From positions 435,337 through 499,336 of the forward strand of contig CAVYHJ010000026.1 in assembly GCA_963768165.1 (NCBI GenBank): a DNA stretch of 64,000 nt. The letters are read 5' to 3'. Below are positions 9,590 through 18,675 of the stretch, one piece after another. The stretch's first letter is position 1; each line of letters begins with the position of its first letter. Source of the DNA: an uncultured bacterium. Lineage in GTDB: Bacteria; UBP4; UBA4092. The notes below the pieces were generated by a model that was given only the letters and a program-made list of their open reading frames with translations, was not told the DNA's origin and did no database searches. A program made the translations under genes and the position numbers.

Positions 9590-10453
9590 ATGAAATCAGT
9601 AATTCGTAATATTATATTACTTGCCAGTACAGCTATTTTGTGTACGGCATCCACGATTCAAGCCGACGAAGGTGCGGTTGCCGGCCGGGATATTTTATCC
9701 AAATATCAAAATGCGGTATTAACCGTCAAATTGGTTATTAAACAAGGGATGTCATTCGGGGGGCGCGATGCCAATAAAAGTGAATCCAAATCCGAAGCCA
9801 CCGGAACGGTGATTGATCCTTCCGGACTTACGGTCATATCATTGACTGCTACAGACCCCAGTGGATTACTTGGAGATTTGATGGGAGGCAGCGATGACGA
9901 AGATATGAAATTAAAAATAGAATCGGAAGTTACAGATGTTAAACTGATTTTGCCGGATGCGACAGAAGTCCCTGCCAAGATTGTGTTGCGCGACAAGGAT
10001 TTGGATTTAGCCTTTATCCGTCCAGTGGATAAGCCTACCAAACCGCTTACTTATATTGACCTGGCGAATGATAGTAAACCTAAGATTCTCGATGAACTGA
10101 TTGTCCTCAATCGTCTGGGTAAAGTCGCCAATCGTGCTCCAGCGGTCTCCTTGGACCGTGTGGAATCTATGATTGAAAAACCTCGTACCTTCTATGTCCC
10201 CGGCCGTGGAACTTCTTCTGGTGGATTAGGTTCGCCTGTTTTTACTTATGATGGAAAATTGGTCGGTCTTCAACTCCTGCGGAGTATCAAAACAGACGGA
10301 CGTCCTGATTTTGGGTCTTTATTATCCGGAATTGGCGGATTGGGAATTATGCCAGTGGTGTTACCTGCAGCGGATATCGCTGAAGCAGCTAAACAAGCAC
10401 CGGAAGTCAGTAAAGTAGAGACTCCCAAACCTGAAGAAAAGAAAACTAAATAA
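9590..10453 (+). CDS. Secreted trypsin-fold protein related to HtrA that lacks the catalytic His (putative pseudo-protease), with a Lys-rich C-terminal tail
   Basis: SD AAGGAGG, signal peptide (ILLASTAILCTAS), and a GTVIDPSGLTVIS segment with no His where TNxHV is expected. The Asp motif DLDLAFIRP and a Ser-region remnant GTSSGGLGSPVF are retained. Its start lies 13 nt after the htrA stop. Confidence 0.5.
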   Translation: MKSVIRNIILLASTAILCTASTIQADEGAVAGRDILSKYQNAVLTVKLVIKQGMSFGGRDANKSESKSEATGTVIDPSGLTVISLTATDPSGLLGDLMGGSDDEDMKLKIESEVTDVKLILPDATEVPAKIVLRDKDLDLAFIRPVDKPTKPLTYIDLANDSKPKILDELIVLNRLGKVANRAPAVSLDRVESMIEKPRTFYVPGRGTSSGGLGSPVFTYDGKLVGLQLLRSIKTDGRPDFGSLLSGIGGLGIMPVVLPAADIAEAAKQAPEVSKVETPKPEEKKTK

Positions 10454-10482
10454 TCTCTCAAACTTCACTTTGATTTAATAGT

Positions 10483-10510
10483 TGAGGGCATAGAATGCTA
10501 TGCCCTCACT
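10483..10510 (+). terminator. Stem-loop GAGGGCATAG-aatg-CTATGCCCTC downstream of the htrA pair
   Basis: 10-bp perfect stem read from the sequence. It is followed by an AT-rich stretch. Confidence 0.45.
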
Positions 10511-10642
10511 GAGCTTTGTATGTTCGTACAAAGTTTATAATACTAATGAATTCAATTGTATAAAAAACTTCTCCATATTTCCAAGAATCATATCTCAAAA
10601 CTGTGGTAAGATTACTACAATTCCGGTTTATTTGAAAAAGCT

Positions 10643-11401
10643 ATGCCGATAGCGATTGTAAAAAAGAAAGAACGATTGGATAAATTATTGATGGATTTAG
10701 GGTTGGTGGAATCCCGCACCAAAGCCCAAGCCGTGATTTTAAGCGGAACCGTTTATGTAAACGGGCAAAAAGCGGATAAACCAGGACATTTAATCCATCC
10801 TGAATTACCCATTGAAATCAAAGAAAATACTCTCCCTTATGTCAGCCGGGGAGGATTGAAACTGGTATCTGCATTGGAGAAATTTAATATAACTCCAATG
10901 GATTGGGTTTGTGTAGATATTGGCGCCTCGACCGGCGGGTTTACGGATTGCCTGTTACAGCATGGCGCAAAAAAAGTATATGCTATTGATGTGGGGTATG
11001 GCCAATTGGATATGAAATTACGCAAGGATTTGCGAGTGGTTATGATGGAGAAAGTGAACGCAAGATATTTAAGTCCATCAGATTTTTCCGAACCGGCAGA
11101 TTTGGTCACTATAGATGTGTCTTTTATTTCCTTAAAGCATATTCTTCCCGCGGCAAAAGAATTATTAAAGAATACCGGGCAATTATTGGCTCTAGTTAAA
11201 CCGCAGTTCGAAGCGGGGAGAAAAGAAATCGCCAAAGGCGGCGTGGTGAAAGACCCAAAAGTTCGGGAAAAATGTGTACAAGATGTTATAGAATTTGCCG
11301 GAAATAGTGGATTTCAAATCAATTATACGACGGAATCTCCTGTGCACGGTCCGGCGGGCAATATTGAATATTTTCTGTGGGCAGCAAAGAAAATCAGTTA
11401 A
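10643..11401 (+). CDS. tlyA: TlyA-family rRNA 2'-O-methyltransferase (hemolysin A-like)
   Basis: N-terminal S4 domain (RLDKLLMDLGLVESRTKAQ), then an FtsJ-like SAM motif VDIGASTGGFTD. Confidence 0.85.
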   Translation: MPIAIVKKKERLDKLLMDLGLVESRTKAQAVILSGTVYVNGQKADKPGHLIHPELPIEIKENTLPYVSRGGLKLVSALEKFNITPMDWVCVDIGASTGGFTDCLLQHGAKKVYAIDVGYGQLDMKLRKDLRVVMMEKVNARYLSPSDFSEPADLVTIDVSFISLKHILPAAKELLKNTGQLLALVKPQFEAGRKEIAKGGVVKDPKVREKCVQDVIEFAGNSGFQINYTTESPVHGPAGNIEYFLWAAKKIS

Positions 11402-11413
11402 GATTAAAAATAT

Positions 11414-12322
11414 ATGACAAATAAATCGAAGAAAAAAATACAACGAGTAGGAATCATCGCCAATTTAAAAAAGCCCATGGCATTGGAAGAAGTAAAAAAA
11501 CTTTGCCAATGGCTTTCCCGTCATCATTATTCTTATATTTTATTGGAAGAATTGGCAAAGACTTTACAAAAACCCTCCCGTCAAGTTCCTTTATCGAAGA
11601 TGGCACAAAACTGCCAGTTGATGATAGTCCTAGGTGGTGACGGAACATTGTTATGGGGCGCCAGAGCCGGGGCGTATGGGAAAAATCCTGTATTGGGCGT
11701 GAATTTGGGTTCCCTTGGATTTCTAGCCGGGGTCTCAATCAACGAGTTATATCCGACTCTTGAGAAAATTATGAATGACCAATTTGTCACGGAGAAGCGG
11801 ATTATGCTGGAAGCGCAAGTATGGCGATTAAAGAACAAGTCAGGAACTTCGAAATCCAGGATAATCGTTTGGAAACAGGCGGCGTTAAACGATGCTGTTA
11901 TTACCAAAGAGACCTTGGCACGGATGGTCCAATTGCGAATTAGAGTTAATACCCGACTGGTCACAGAATATCGCGCCGACGGAATCATCATTGCGACGCC
12001 AACCGGTTCTACGGCTCATTCGTTATCCGCAGGAGGTCCGATTGTCCACCCGGCGATGGACGCATTAATTCTCACTCCCATCTGTCCGCACACTTTCAGT
12101 AACCGTCCGTTAATTATTACAGGTTCTGATGAGTTATCTGTGGAAGTTTTGACGTCACATCAAAACACATATTTAACCTTAGATGGACAGGAAGGTGTTT
12201 CGTTAGAACCGGGAGACATTGTAAAACTGCACCGGTCTTCCAAATCCATTTATTTGATTAACTGTCCCACGCGGGATTATTACCAAGTGTTGCACACGAA
12301 ATTGCACTGGGGACAGAGATAG
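11414..12322 (+). CDS. nadK: NAD(+) kinase
   Basis: GGDGTLL, NDAVI and DGIIIATPTGSTAHSLSAGGP are diagnostic NadK motifs. Confidence 0.9.
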   Translation: MTNKSKKKIQRVGIIANLKKPMALEEVKKLCQWLSRHHYSYILLEELAKTLQKPSRQVPLSKMAQNCQLMIVLGGDGTLLWGARAGAYGKNPVLGVNLGSLGFLAGVSINELYPTLEKIMNDQFVTEKRIMLEAQVWRLKNKSGTSKSRIIVWKQAALNDAVITKETLARMVQLRIRVNTRLVTEYRADGIIIATPTGSTAHSLSAGGPIVHPAMDALILTPICPHTFSNRPLIITGSDELSVEVLTSHQNTYLTLDGQEGVSLEPGDIVKLHRSSKSIYLINCPTRDYYQVLHTKLHWGQR

Positions 12323-12343
12323 TGTCTTTCTTAAGAACTCATC

Positions 12344-14167
12344 ATGAGAATTAAAACCAAATTAATTATTGCGTTTTTGGTGGTAGGAATCGTCCCGATG
12401 CTGACCGCTGTCCCCTTATCTATTTTCTTCATTAACTTGAAATTAAACCAAAACAATACAGAGAGGCTGAAAGATGCCTTGGAACTGGTTAAATCCCGGG
12501 AAGAACAATCTCTTTCGCGAACTGCATTTGCCGCCGAGAAACTGGCCAATGACAAAGAATTTCAGGAAAAACTCGCCGATTTTGAAAAAACCGTAATCAA
12601 CTTACAGGAGCTTATGAAAGAAGCAAATACACCACCCGATATTTTGCAACAATATAAATCATCGGCAGAGACCACCTTTCAAGAAATTCGGAGAAGAATG
12701 AATGAAATTGGGAGCGATTTTAAAGCTATTGATTATGGTATCAGCGTTCTTCAAACTATTGACCGAGACCAGTTATTGACTTATGTTGGCAATTCGACTG
12801 AATTAAGTAAAAAGAAAAATCCTATTTGGCAAGGGTATACCTTGGAAACCAGCGAGAGCAGTGAAATTGATATTCTGGCAACATCTATAGATAAAATAGA
12901 ATACCAGGGATTTATTTTAGGAGGTACATTCGCCGGGATCCCTCTCAAAAAAAGCCTAGTGGATGTCATTAATGATTATTACCCAGGTGTCTATGCGGCT
13001 ATCTTATTACCCAACTTTGACTATCCCAAAGACGATCCTGAAAATGTCCGGCTTTACAACACCATCTTCAAGGAGGGAAAATCCTTTTCCAGCAAAAGAA
13101 TTATTCGTAGCCGGATACCATATCAAGCCCAATGTTTTCCTTTAACCGACTCACATAACAAAGTTTTGGCGGGTATTATCATTGGATTCCAATTGTCCAC
13201 TGTGACTGACGTTTGGAACCAATATAAAACTATATTTTACGGACTAATGGTGGCGGTTATTAGCGTTCTGGCGGTCATTCTGGGATACCTTATTGCCCGA
13301 GGGATATCCAATCCTATTCGGAGATTGGTGGGAGGAGTGGAGCAAATTTCCAAAGGAAATTTGGACCACCAAATTCGGGTACGATCTCACGATGAAATAC
13401 GTGATTTGTCCACAGCTATTAACCGGATGGCTGAAGAATTGAAACAAAAAAAGGAAATTGAATCCCAGATTTACACACAAGATAAATTAGCTTCTCTCGG
13501 CCAGTTAACCGCAGGCATCGCCCATGAAATTCGGAATCCATTGGGGTCTATCAAATCCTATGCAGGTATCCTTCGGGATACATTGTTGAAAAACGGAAAA
13601 GAAAGGGAAATCGCGCAAATTATCAGCGATCAAGTAGACCGCTTAAATACATTTATTACTGACTTCTTAAATTTTGCGAAAACCCAAGAACCTAAAATTG
13701 TTTCTACTTCTCTGGGAGTTATTTTTGACCGGACAATTAAACTAGTGCAGACTCAATATTCCAAAGAAAAATATACGATTGAATTTTTACCACAATGCCG
13801 GGATGGGAATATTGAGGTTGACCCCCAACAAATTCAACAGGTCTTTTTAAATTTAATTATTAATGCCTGCCAGGCTATGCCTTACGGCGGGCGGTTAAAA
13901 ATCTATTATGCACCCAATACAGAAAAAAAATTGTTCCAAATTTCATTTGAAGATGAGGGGAAAGGGATATCAGAGGAAGATTTAACAAAAATATTCAGAC
14001 CTTTTTTTACTACCCGCCAGGAGGGCACCGGTCTGGGTTTATGGATTGTACAACAAATTGTCGCGCGGCATAATGGACAGATGGAAGTAAAAAGTTCAGT
14101 AGGAAAAGGAACAACGATTACAGTATATTTACCGATGGAAGATTCCAAGCTGGATAAGGTGAAATAA
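12344..14167 (+). CDS. Sensor histidine kinase (two TM helices, periplasmic domain, HAMP, HisKA, HATPase)
   Basis: H-box GIAHEIRNPL, HAMP region (PIRRLVGGVEQISKGNLDHQIRV), and N/G boxes (LNLIINACQAM, GTGLGLWIV). Confidence 0.85.
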   Translation: MRIKTKLIIAFLVVGIVPMLTAVPLSIFFINLKLNQNNTERLKDALELVKSREEQSLSRTAFAAEKLANDKEFQEKLADFEKTVINLQELMKEANTPPDILQQYKSSAETTFQEIRRRMNEIGSDFKAIDYGISVLQTIDRDQLLTYVGNSTELSKKKNPIWQGYTLETSESSEIDILATSIDKIEYQGFILGGTFAGIPLKKSLVDVINDYYPGVYAAILLPNFDYPKDDPENVRLYNTIFKEGKSFSSKRIIRSRIPYQAQCFPLTDSHNKVLAGIIIGFQLSTVTDVWNQYKTIFYGLMVAVISVLAVILGYLIARGISNPIRRLVGGVEQISKGNLDHQIRVRSHDEIRDLSTAINRMAEELKQKKEIESQIYTQDKLASLGQLTAGIAHEIRNPLGSIKSYAGILRDTLLKNGKEREIAQIISDQVDRLNTFITDFLNFAKTQEPKIVSTSLGVIFDRTIKLVQTQYSKEKYTIEFLPQCRDGNIEVDPQQIQQVFLNLIINACQAMPYGGRLKIYYAPNTEKKLFQISFEDEGKGISEEDLTKIFRPFFTTRQEGTGLGLWIVQQIVARHNGQMEVKSSVGKGTTITVYLPMEDSKLDKVK

Positions 14168-14168
14168 T

Positions 14169-15587
14169 ATGGCGCGTATTCTCGTAGTAGACGATGAACA
14201 GCATCTTTGTGGTGCATTAAAACTTTTATTGGAATTAGAAGGATACGAAGTAATGACAGCCAATGACGGTCTTTCCGCATTGGATATTGTTGGCAACCAA
14301 AAAATTGATTTGGTCATCACGGACGTACGCATGCCACGTATGGATGGGATGCAGCTCCTTAAAAAAGTGCATCAAACCAATCCACTGATTCCCGTGATTG
14401 TCATGACCGCTTATGCCAATTTAAAAGATGGAATTCAAGCCATGAAAGACGGAGCATATCACTATTTGATGAAACCGTTTGAAAATGACGAAGTGAAATT
14501 ACAAGTTAAAAAATCATTGGAGGAACTGCGCCTCCGGTCGGAACTGGCTTATCTACGTGATGAACTTGACCAGCGATATCCTTTTAAAAATATCATCGGA
14601 CATAGTGAGGCTATGTTACAAGTGTTTGAATTAATTCGCCGGGTGGCTCCTTCCAAAAGCACGGTCTTAATCACTGGAGAAAGCGGAACAGGGAAAGAAT
14701 TGGTCGCTCGTGCGATTCATGACAACAGCCCCCGCCGAGACAAGGCTATGATTAAAGTAAATTGTGTCGCTATTCCGGATACATTGTTGGAAAGCGAATT
14801 ATTCGGCCATGTAAAAGGCGCCTTCACGGATGCAACATATACCAAACCGGGAAAATTTGAACTGTCCGAAGGAGGGACCATCTTCTTGGATGAAATCGGG
14901 GATATGAGTCTTGCCCTCCAGGGAAAAATATTACGGGTATTGCAGGAGAGAGAATACGAACCTGTGGGTGGAACAGCTACAAAGCAAGTTGACATCCGGG
15001 TTATCGCGGCCACCAACCGGCCGTTAAAAAGGCTAGTTCAGGAAAATCAATTTAGGGAAGATTTGTATTTTCGTTTAAATGTAGTTCCTATTAACGTTCC
15101 ACCATTACGAAATCGCAAAGAGGATATTCCAGAATTAGTACAGTTCTTCTTACAAAAGGATACCCGGGAAACAGGGAAAAGAATTGAAAAAATAAATCCA
15201 GATGCACTCTTCTTTTTAAAAGAATATACCTATCCAGGTAATGTCCGGGAATTGGAAAATATGATTGAAAGGGCTGTAGTATTGTGTCAAAAATCGGAAT
15301 TGGATATACAGGATTTTCAATTCAGTGTAGCGGATACTCCGCGGACACAGCCCATTCAAGAACCCCTCCCAACCCTATCCTATCGCGAAGCCAAACAGGT
15401 CGTGTTAGAAAATTTCGAACGAAAATTCTTTATGGATGCCCTGACATTCGCCCGAGGAAACATATCCAAAGCGGCAGAACATATAGGGATGCACCGAAAA
15501 AACTTTTATGAAAAGCTAAATCAGTATAAAATTAATACTCAAGATTTTGTTCGGACGGAGGAGGATTTAAAACAGAATGAAGAATAA
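14169..15587 (+). CDS. Sigma-54-dependent Fis-family response regulator (NtrC-like)
   Basis: Receiver domain (ILVVDDE...DLVITDVRMP), AAA+ sigma-54 activator motifs GESGTGKE, ESELFGH and GAFTDA, and a C-terminal HTH. It starts 2 nt after the kinase stop. Confidence 0.9.
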   Translation: MARILVVDDEQHLCGALKLLLELEGYEVMTANDGLSALDIVGNQKIDLVITDVRMPRMDGMQLLKKVHQTNPLIPVIVMTAYANLKDGIQAMKDGAYHYLMKPFENDEVKLQVKKSLEELRLRSELAYLRDELDQRYPFKNIIGHSEAMLQVFELIRRVAPSKSTVLITGESGTGKELVARAIHDNSPRRDKAMIKVNCVAIPDTLLESELFGHVKGAFTDATYTKPGKFELSEGGTIFLDEIGDMSLALQGKILRVLQEREYEPVGGTATKQVDIRVIAATNRPLKRLVQENQFREDLYFRLNVVPINVPPLRNRKEDIPELVQFFLQKDTRETGKRIEKINPDALFFLKEYTYPGNVRELENMIERAVVLCQKSELDIQDFQFSVADTPRTQPIQEPLPTLSYREAKQVVLENFERKFFMDALTFARGNISKAAEHIGMHRKNFYEKLNQYKINTQDFVRTEEDLKQNEE

Positions 15588-16554
15588 ATTTGGAAAGAAA
15601 AGTATCTATCCTTTTTTTTACGGATTATTGTTTGTAACATGCCTATGTCGCGTATACGCTGCATCGGATATCGTCGCCAAAGTTGGAGGAGAAATAATCA
15701 CTCGCGCTGAACTATTATCAGAAATGTCGTCTTCCATCCATGCCACGGACACTATAGGTGGGGATTTAAAAAGTGCCAAGCAAAATGTCCTGAATAATAT
15801 GATTGAACTGAAAATATTGTTATTGGAAGCGACAGCGGAAAAAATTACTGTGGATTCCAAGACAGTTGAACTGTCTTATCAATATGAGACGACAGCAGCC
15901 GGCAGTGAAGATAAATTCAAAAAGAAATTGAAATTGATGGGTGAAACCGATAAACAGTTCCGTCAGAATTTAACCAATTCAATAAAGATTCAAACCATGT
16001 TGCGACTAAACGTCGATGCGCATCTCAAACCTATTTCACTAGAGGAGGCGGAAAACTTTTATCAGGAACACAAATCTGAATTCACTACAGGGGAACAGGT
16101 TCGTTTTCGTTATATTTACATTTCAACAACCCGTGAAACTACCGCGGAAGATAAATCTAAAAAATTAATCAAAGCACAAAAGGCACTGGAGCTTATCAAA
16201 GCAGGTGAAGCGTTTCCCAAAATTGTGCAAGATTATTCTGAAGGTAATGCAACTGGATTCGGTGGAGATATCGGGCGGTATGTTCGACCCGGAGAATTAT
16301 ACAATTTACCGGAAGTTGAAAAAGCCGTATTTTCCATGGACAGCGGGAAAACCAGCAACTTAATTCCCACGAAATACGGTTATTATATTGTTCAAATTAT
16401 AGATAAAGAAAAGGGTCATCTGCGTAGTTTTGAACAAGTAAAAACAGAAATATTGGAAAAACTGGAAAAAGAAAAAGCGGAAAGCCGGTATTACGAGTGG
16501 TTTAACGGAATTAAAACCAAATATGCAATAGAATTATACACTGAAAATTTATAA
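15577..16554 (+). CDS. Peptidyl-prolyl cis-trans isomerase, SurA/PrsA-like, with a parvulin (PpiC) domain
   Basis: Signal peptide, SurA-like N-domain, parvulin segment (FRYIYIS...GFGGDIGRYVRPGELYNLPEVEKAVFSM..GYYIVQII). SD GGAGGAG upstream. Its start overlaps the regulator stop. Confidence 0.7.
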   Translation: MKNKFGKKSIYPFFYGLLFVTCLCRVYAASDIVAKVGGEIITRAELLSEMSSSIHATDTIGGDLKSAKQNVLNNMIELKILLLEATAEKITVDSKTVELSYQYETTAAGSEDKFKKKLKLMGETDKQFRQNLTNSIKIQTMLRLNVDAHLKPISLEEAENFYQEHKSEFTTGEQVRFRYIYISTTRETTAEDKSKKLIKAQKALELIKAGEAFPKIVQDYSEGNATGFGGDIGRYVRPGELYNLPEVEKAVFSMDSGKTSNLIPTKYGYYIVQIIDKEKGHLRSFEQVKTEILEKLEKEKAESRYYEWFNGIKTKYAIELYTENL

Positions 16555-16572
16555 CCATTACGGAGATATTAA

Positions 16573-18675
16573 TTGAGTATGCGAAATTTTTTATTGGAAA
16601 TTGGTTCAGAAGAAATTCCTGCAGGATATATTACTCCCGCACTGGAACAAATGAGACTAAACACCGAAAAATGGTTTCAGGAAAATCAAATGCGCTATCA
16701 TTTTGTAAGTGCCTATGCGACTCCCCGCCGGTTGACCCTTTTTATTTCTGATCTTTCTGAAAAACAGGATGTATCTGAAAAACTGGTTTTGGGTCCCTCC
16801 GCACGAATTTCTTATGATACAGAAGGCAATTTAACCAAAGCCGGATTAGGATTTGCAAAATCACAAAACGTTGAGGTATCTCAATTATTCAAACAAACTA
16901 CCGAAAAAGGAGATTATCTTGCGGTCAATAAAACTATAGGTGGAGAAAAAACTGAAAACTTACTTCCTGCTTTTTCCAAAGAATTAATTTCCAAAATATC
17001 ATTCCCTAAATCTATGTACTGGGAAAAATCTCAATTTCGTTATGCCCGGCCTATTCGGTGGATTGTTAGCCTTTGGGGAGAAGAAATTATTCCATTTGAA
17101 ATCGCGGACGTAAAAAGTGACAGAAACTCCTATGGACATCCCATTCGGTCTTCCCATAAAATCCCTCTGGAAAAAGCCGACCTGCAAGAGTATAAAGAAA
17201 AACTCCGTAATGCGTATGTAATCGTAGACCCGCAAGAACGTAAAACAACTATCTCGGGAAAACTGGCACAATTTGGAACAGACGATAAAGACCCGCAATT
17301 ACTGGAAACAGTCACATATCTCGTGGAGAGCCCTTCGATGATTCAAGGCTATTTCAATCCGGAACTTCTGTATTTACCTCCGGAAGTACTTATTACTTCG
17401 ATGAAGCATCATCAGAAGTATTTTCCAGTTATCTCATCGGGCAAATTACAATCCCATTTTTTGTCAATACACAATTCGGCTGCAATTGCTGAACCTAATA
17501 TTAAAATTGGAAATGAACGCGTTCTTCAAGCCCGATTATCTGACGCACAATTTTTCTGGAAAGAAGATACCAAAACTCCTTTAATTGATAAAAACAAAAA
17601 GTTGAGTGGATTGCTCTTTCAAGCCAAGCTGGGAAATTATGATAAAAAAGTCGAACGCATCATGGATTTATCCGATTTTCTGGCTACGCAACTTACGTTT
17701 CCCGACTCCGACAAAAAACATGTACGTCGAACGGCGGAATTATGCAAGTCGGATCTTATCACCGAGATGGTAAAAGAATTCCCTGAACTGCAAGGAGTCA
17801 TGGGTAAATGGTATGCTCAGGAAATGAAAGAAGATAAAGCCGTTTGTCAGGCAATTGAAGATCACTATTTACCCAAAGGTGGTGATTCAGCTCTGCCTTC
17901 AAATAATATTGGCGCTGTTGTGAGTCTTGCAGATAAACTAGACACGATTGTAGGATGTTTTGGTGCGGGACTAATTCCGACCGGTTCAGAAGACCCCTTT
18001 GCTCTGCGACGCGCGGGGAATGGAATTATTCGAATTGTTTTAGCCCATCTTGACTGGTCATTTTCTTTAAAAGAACTACTGGAACGTTCTATATCATTGT
18101 ATCAATCAACAGTAGGAATTAATGCGGAATCAGCTTTATTACCTGTACATGAATTCTTAGCATTAAGATTTAAAGGTATATTAGAGATTGAAATTAAAGG
18201 AATTCGTTACGATACGATAGATGCTGTAATAGCCGCTAATTTTAACGATATTAACGATTCCGCAAGAAGAGCATTTGATTTACATGGATTACGTTTAGTT
18301 CCAGATATTATTCCATTCACAATTACTTTTAAAAGAGTGTCAAATATATTGAAACAAGCAAGAGAAAAGTTTAAAGAACAAACCTTTGGAACACCTGACA
18401 AAAAACTTTACAAGGAAGAAATCGAAAAAGTATTGGATATTGAGTTTAATAACATAATTGGTTTTATAAATCAAAGAAAAAATGAAAAAGACTATAAACG
18501 AATATTATTAGCTGTTTCAGGGCTAAGACCTTATGTTGATCAATTTTTTGATAAAGTCATGGTCATGGTAGAAAATCAATTGATAAGAAGAAATCGTTTG
18601 GCCCTGCTTGAAATGTTAGAAAGAGAAATTAGTCCAATTGCAGATTTTTCTCAATTGGTTGTCGAGGAACAATGA
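16573..18675 (+). CDS. glyS: Glycine--tRNA ligase beta subunit
   Basis: MRNFLLEIGSEEIPAGY... is the typical GlyS N-terminus, and the approximately 700 aa length fits. The start is either TTG 16573 or ATG 16579. No glyQ lies upstream. Confidence 0.88.
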   Translation: MSMRNFLLEIGSEEIPAGYITPALEQMRLNTEKWFQENQMRYHFVSAYATPRRLTLFISDLSEKQDVSEKLVLGPSARISYDTEGNLTKAGLGFAKSQNVEVSQLFKQTTEKGDYLAVNKTIGGEKTENLLPAFSKELISKISFPKSMYWEKSQFRYARPIRWIVSLWGEEIIPFEIADVKSDRNSYGHPIRSSHKIPLEKADLQEYKEKLRNAYVIVDPQERKTTISGKLAQFGTDDKDPQLLETVTYLVESPSMIQGYFNPELLYLPPEVLITSMKHHQKYFPVISSGKLQSHFLSIHNSAAIAEPNIKIGNERVLQARLSDAQFFWKEDTKTPLIDKNKKLSGLLFQAKLGNYDKKVERIMDLSDFLATQLTFPDSDKKHVRRTAELCKSDLITEMVKEFPELQGVMGKWYAQEMKEDKAVCQAIEDHYLPKGGDSALPSNNIGAVVSLADKLDTIVGCFGAGLIPTGSEDPFALRRAGNGIIRIVLAHLDWSFSLKELLERSISLYQSTVGINAESALLPVHEFLALRFKGILEIEIKGIRYDTIDAVIAANFNDINDSARRAFDLHGLRLVPDIIPFTITFKRVSNILKQAREKFKEQTFGTPDKKLYKEEIEKVLDIEFNNIIGFINQRKNEKDYKRILLAVSGLRPYVDQFFDKVMVMVENQLIRRNRLALLEMLEREISPIADFSQLVVEEQ

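Noticed and set aside
7586-9654. Numerous 60-130 aa ORFs on the minus strand across the htrA gene (e.g. 8395-8775, 8876-9154, 9206-9478)
   Set aside because: They are entirely contained within a well-supported 689-aa protease gene on the opposite strand and have low-complexity translations. They are antisense artefacts.
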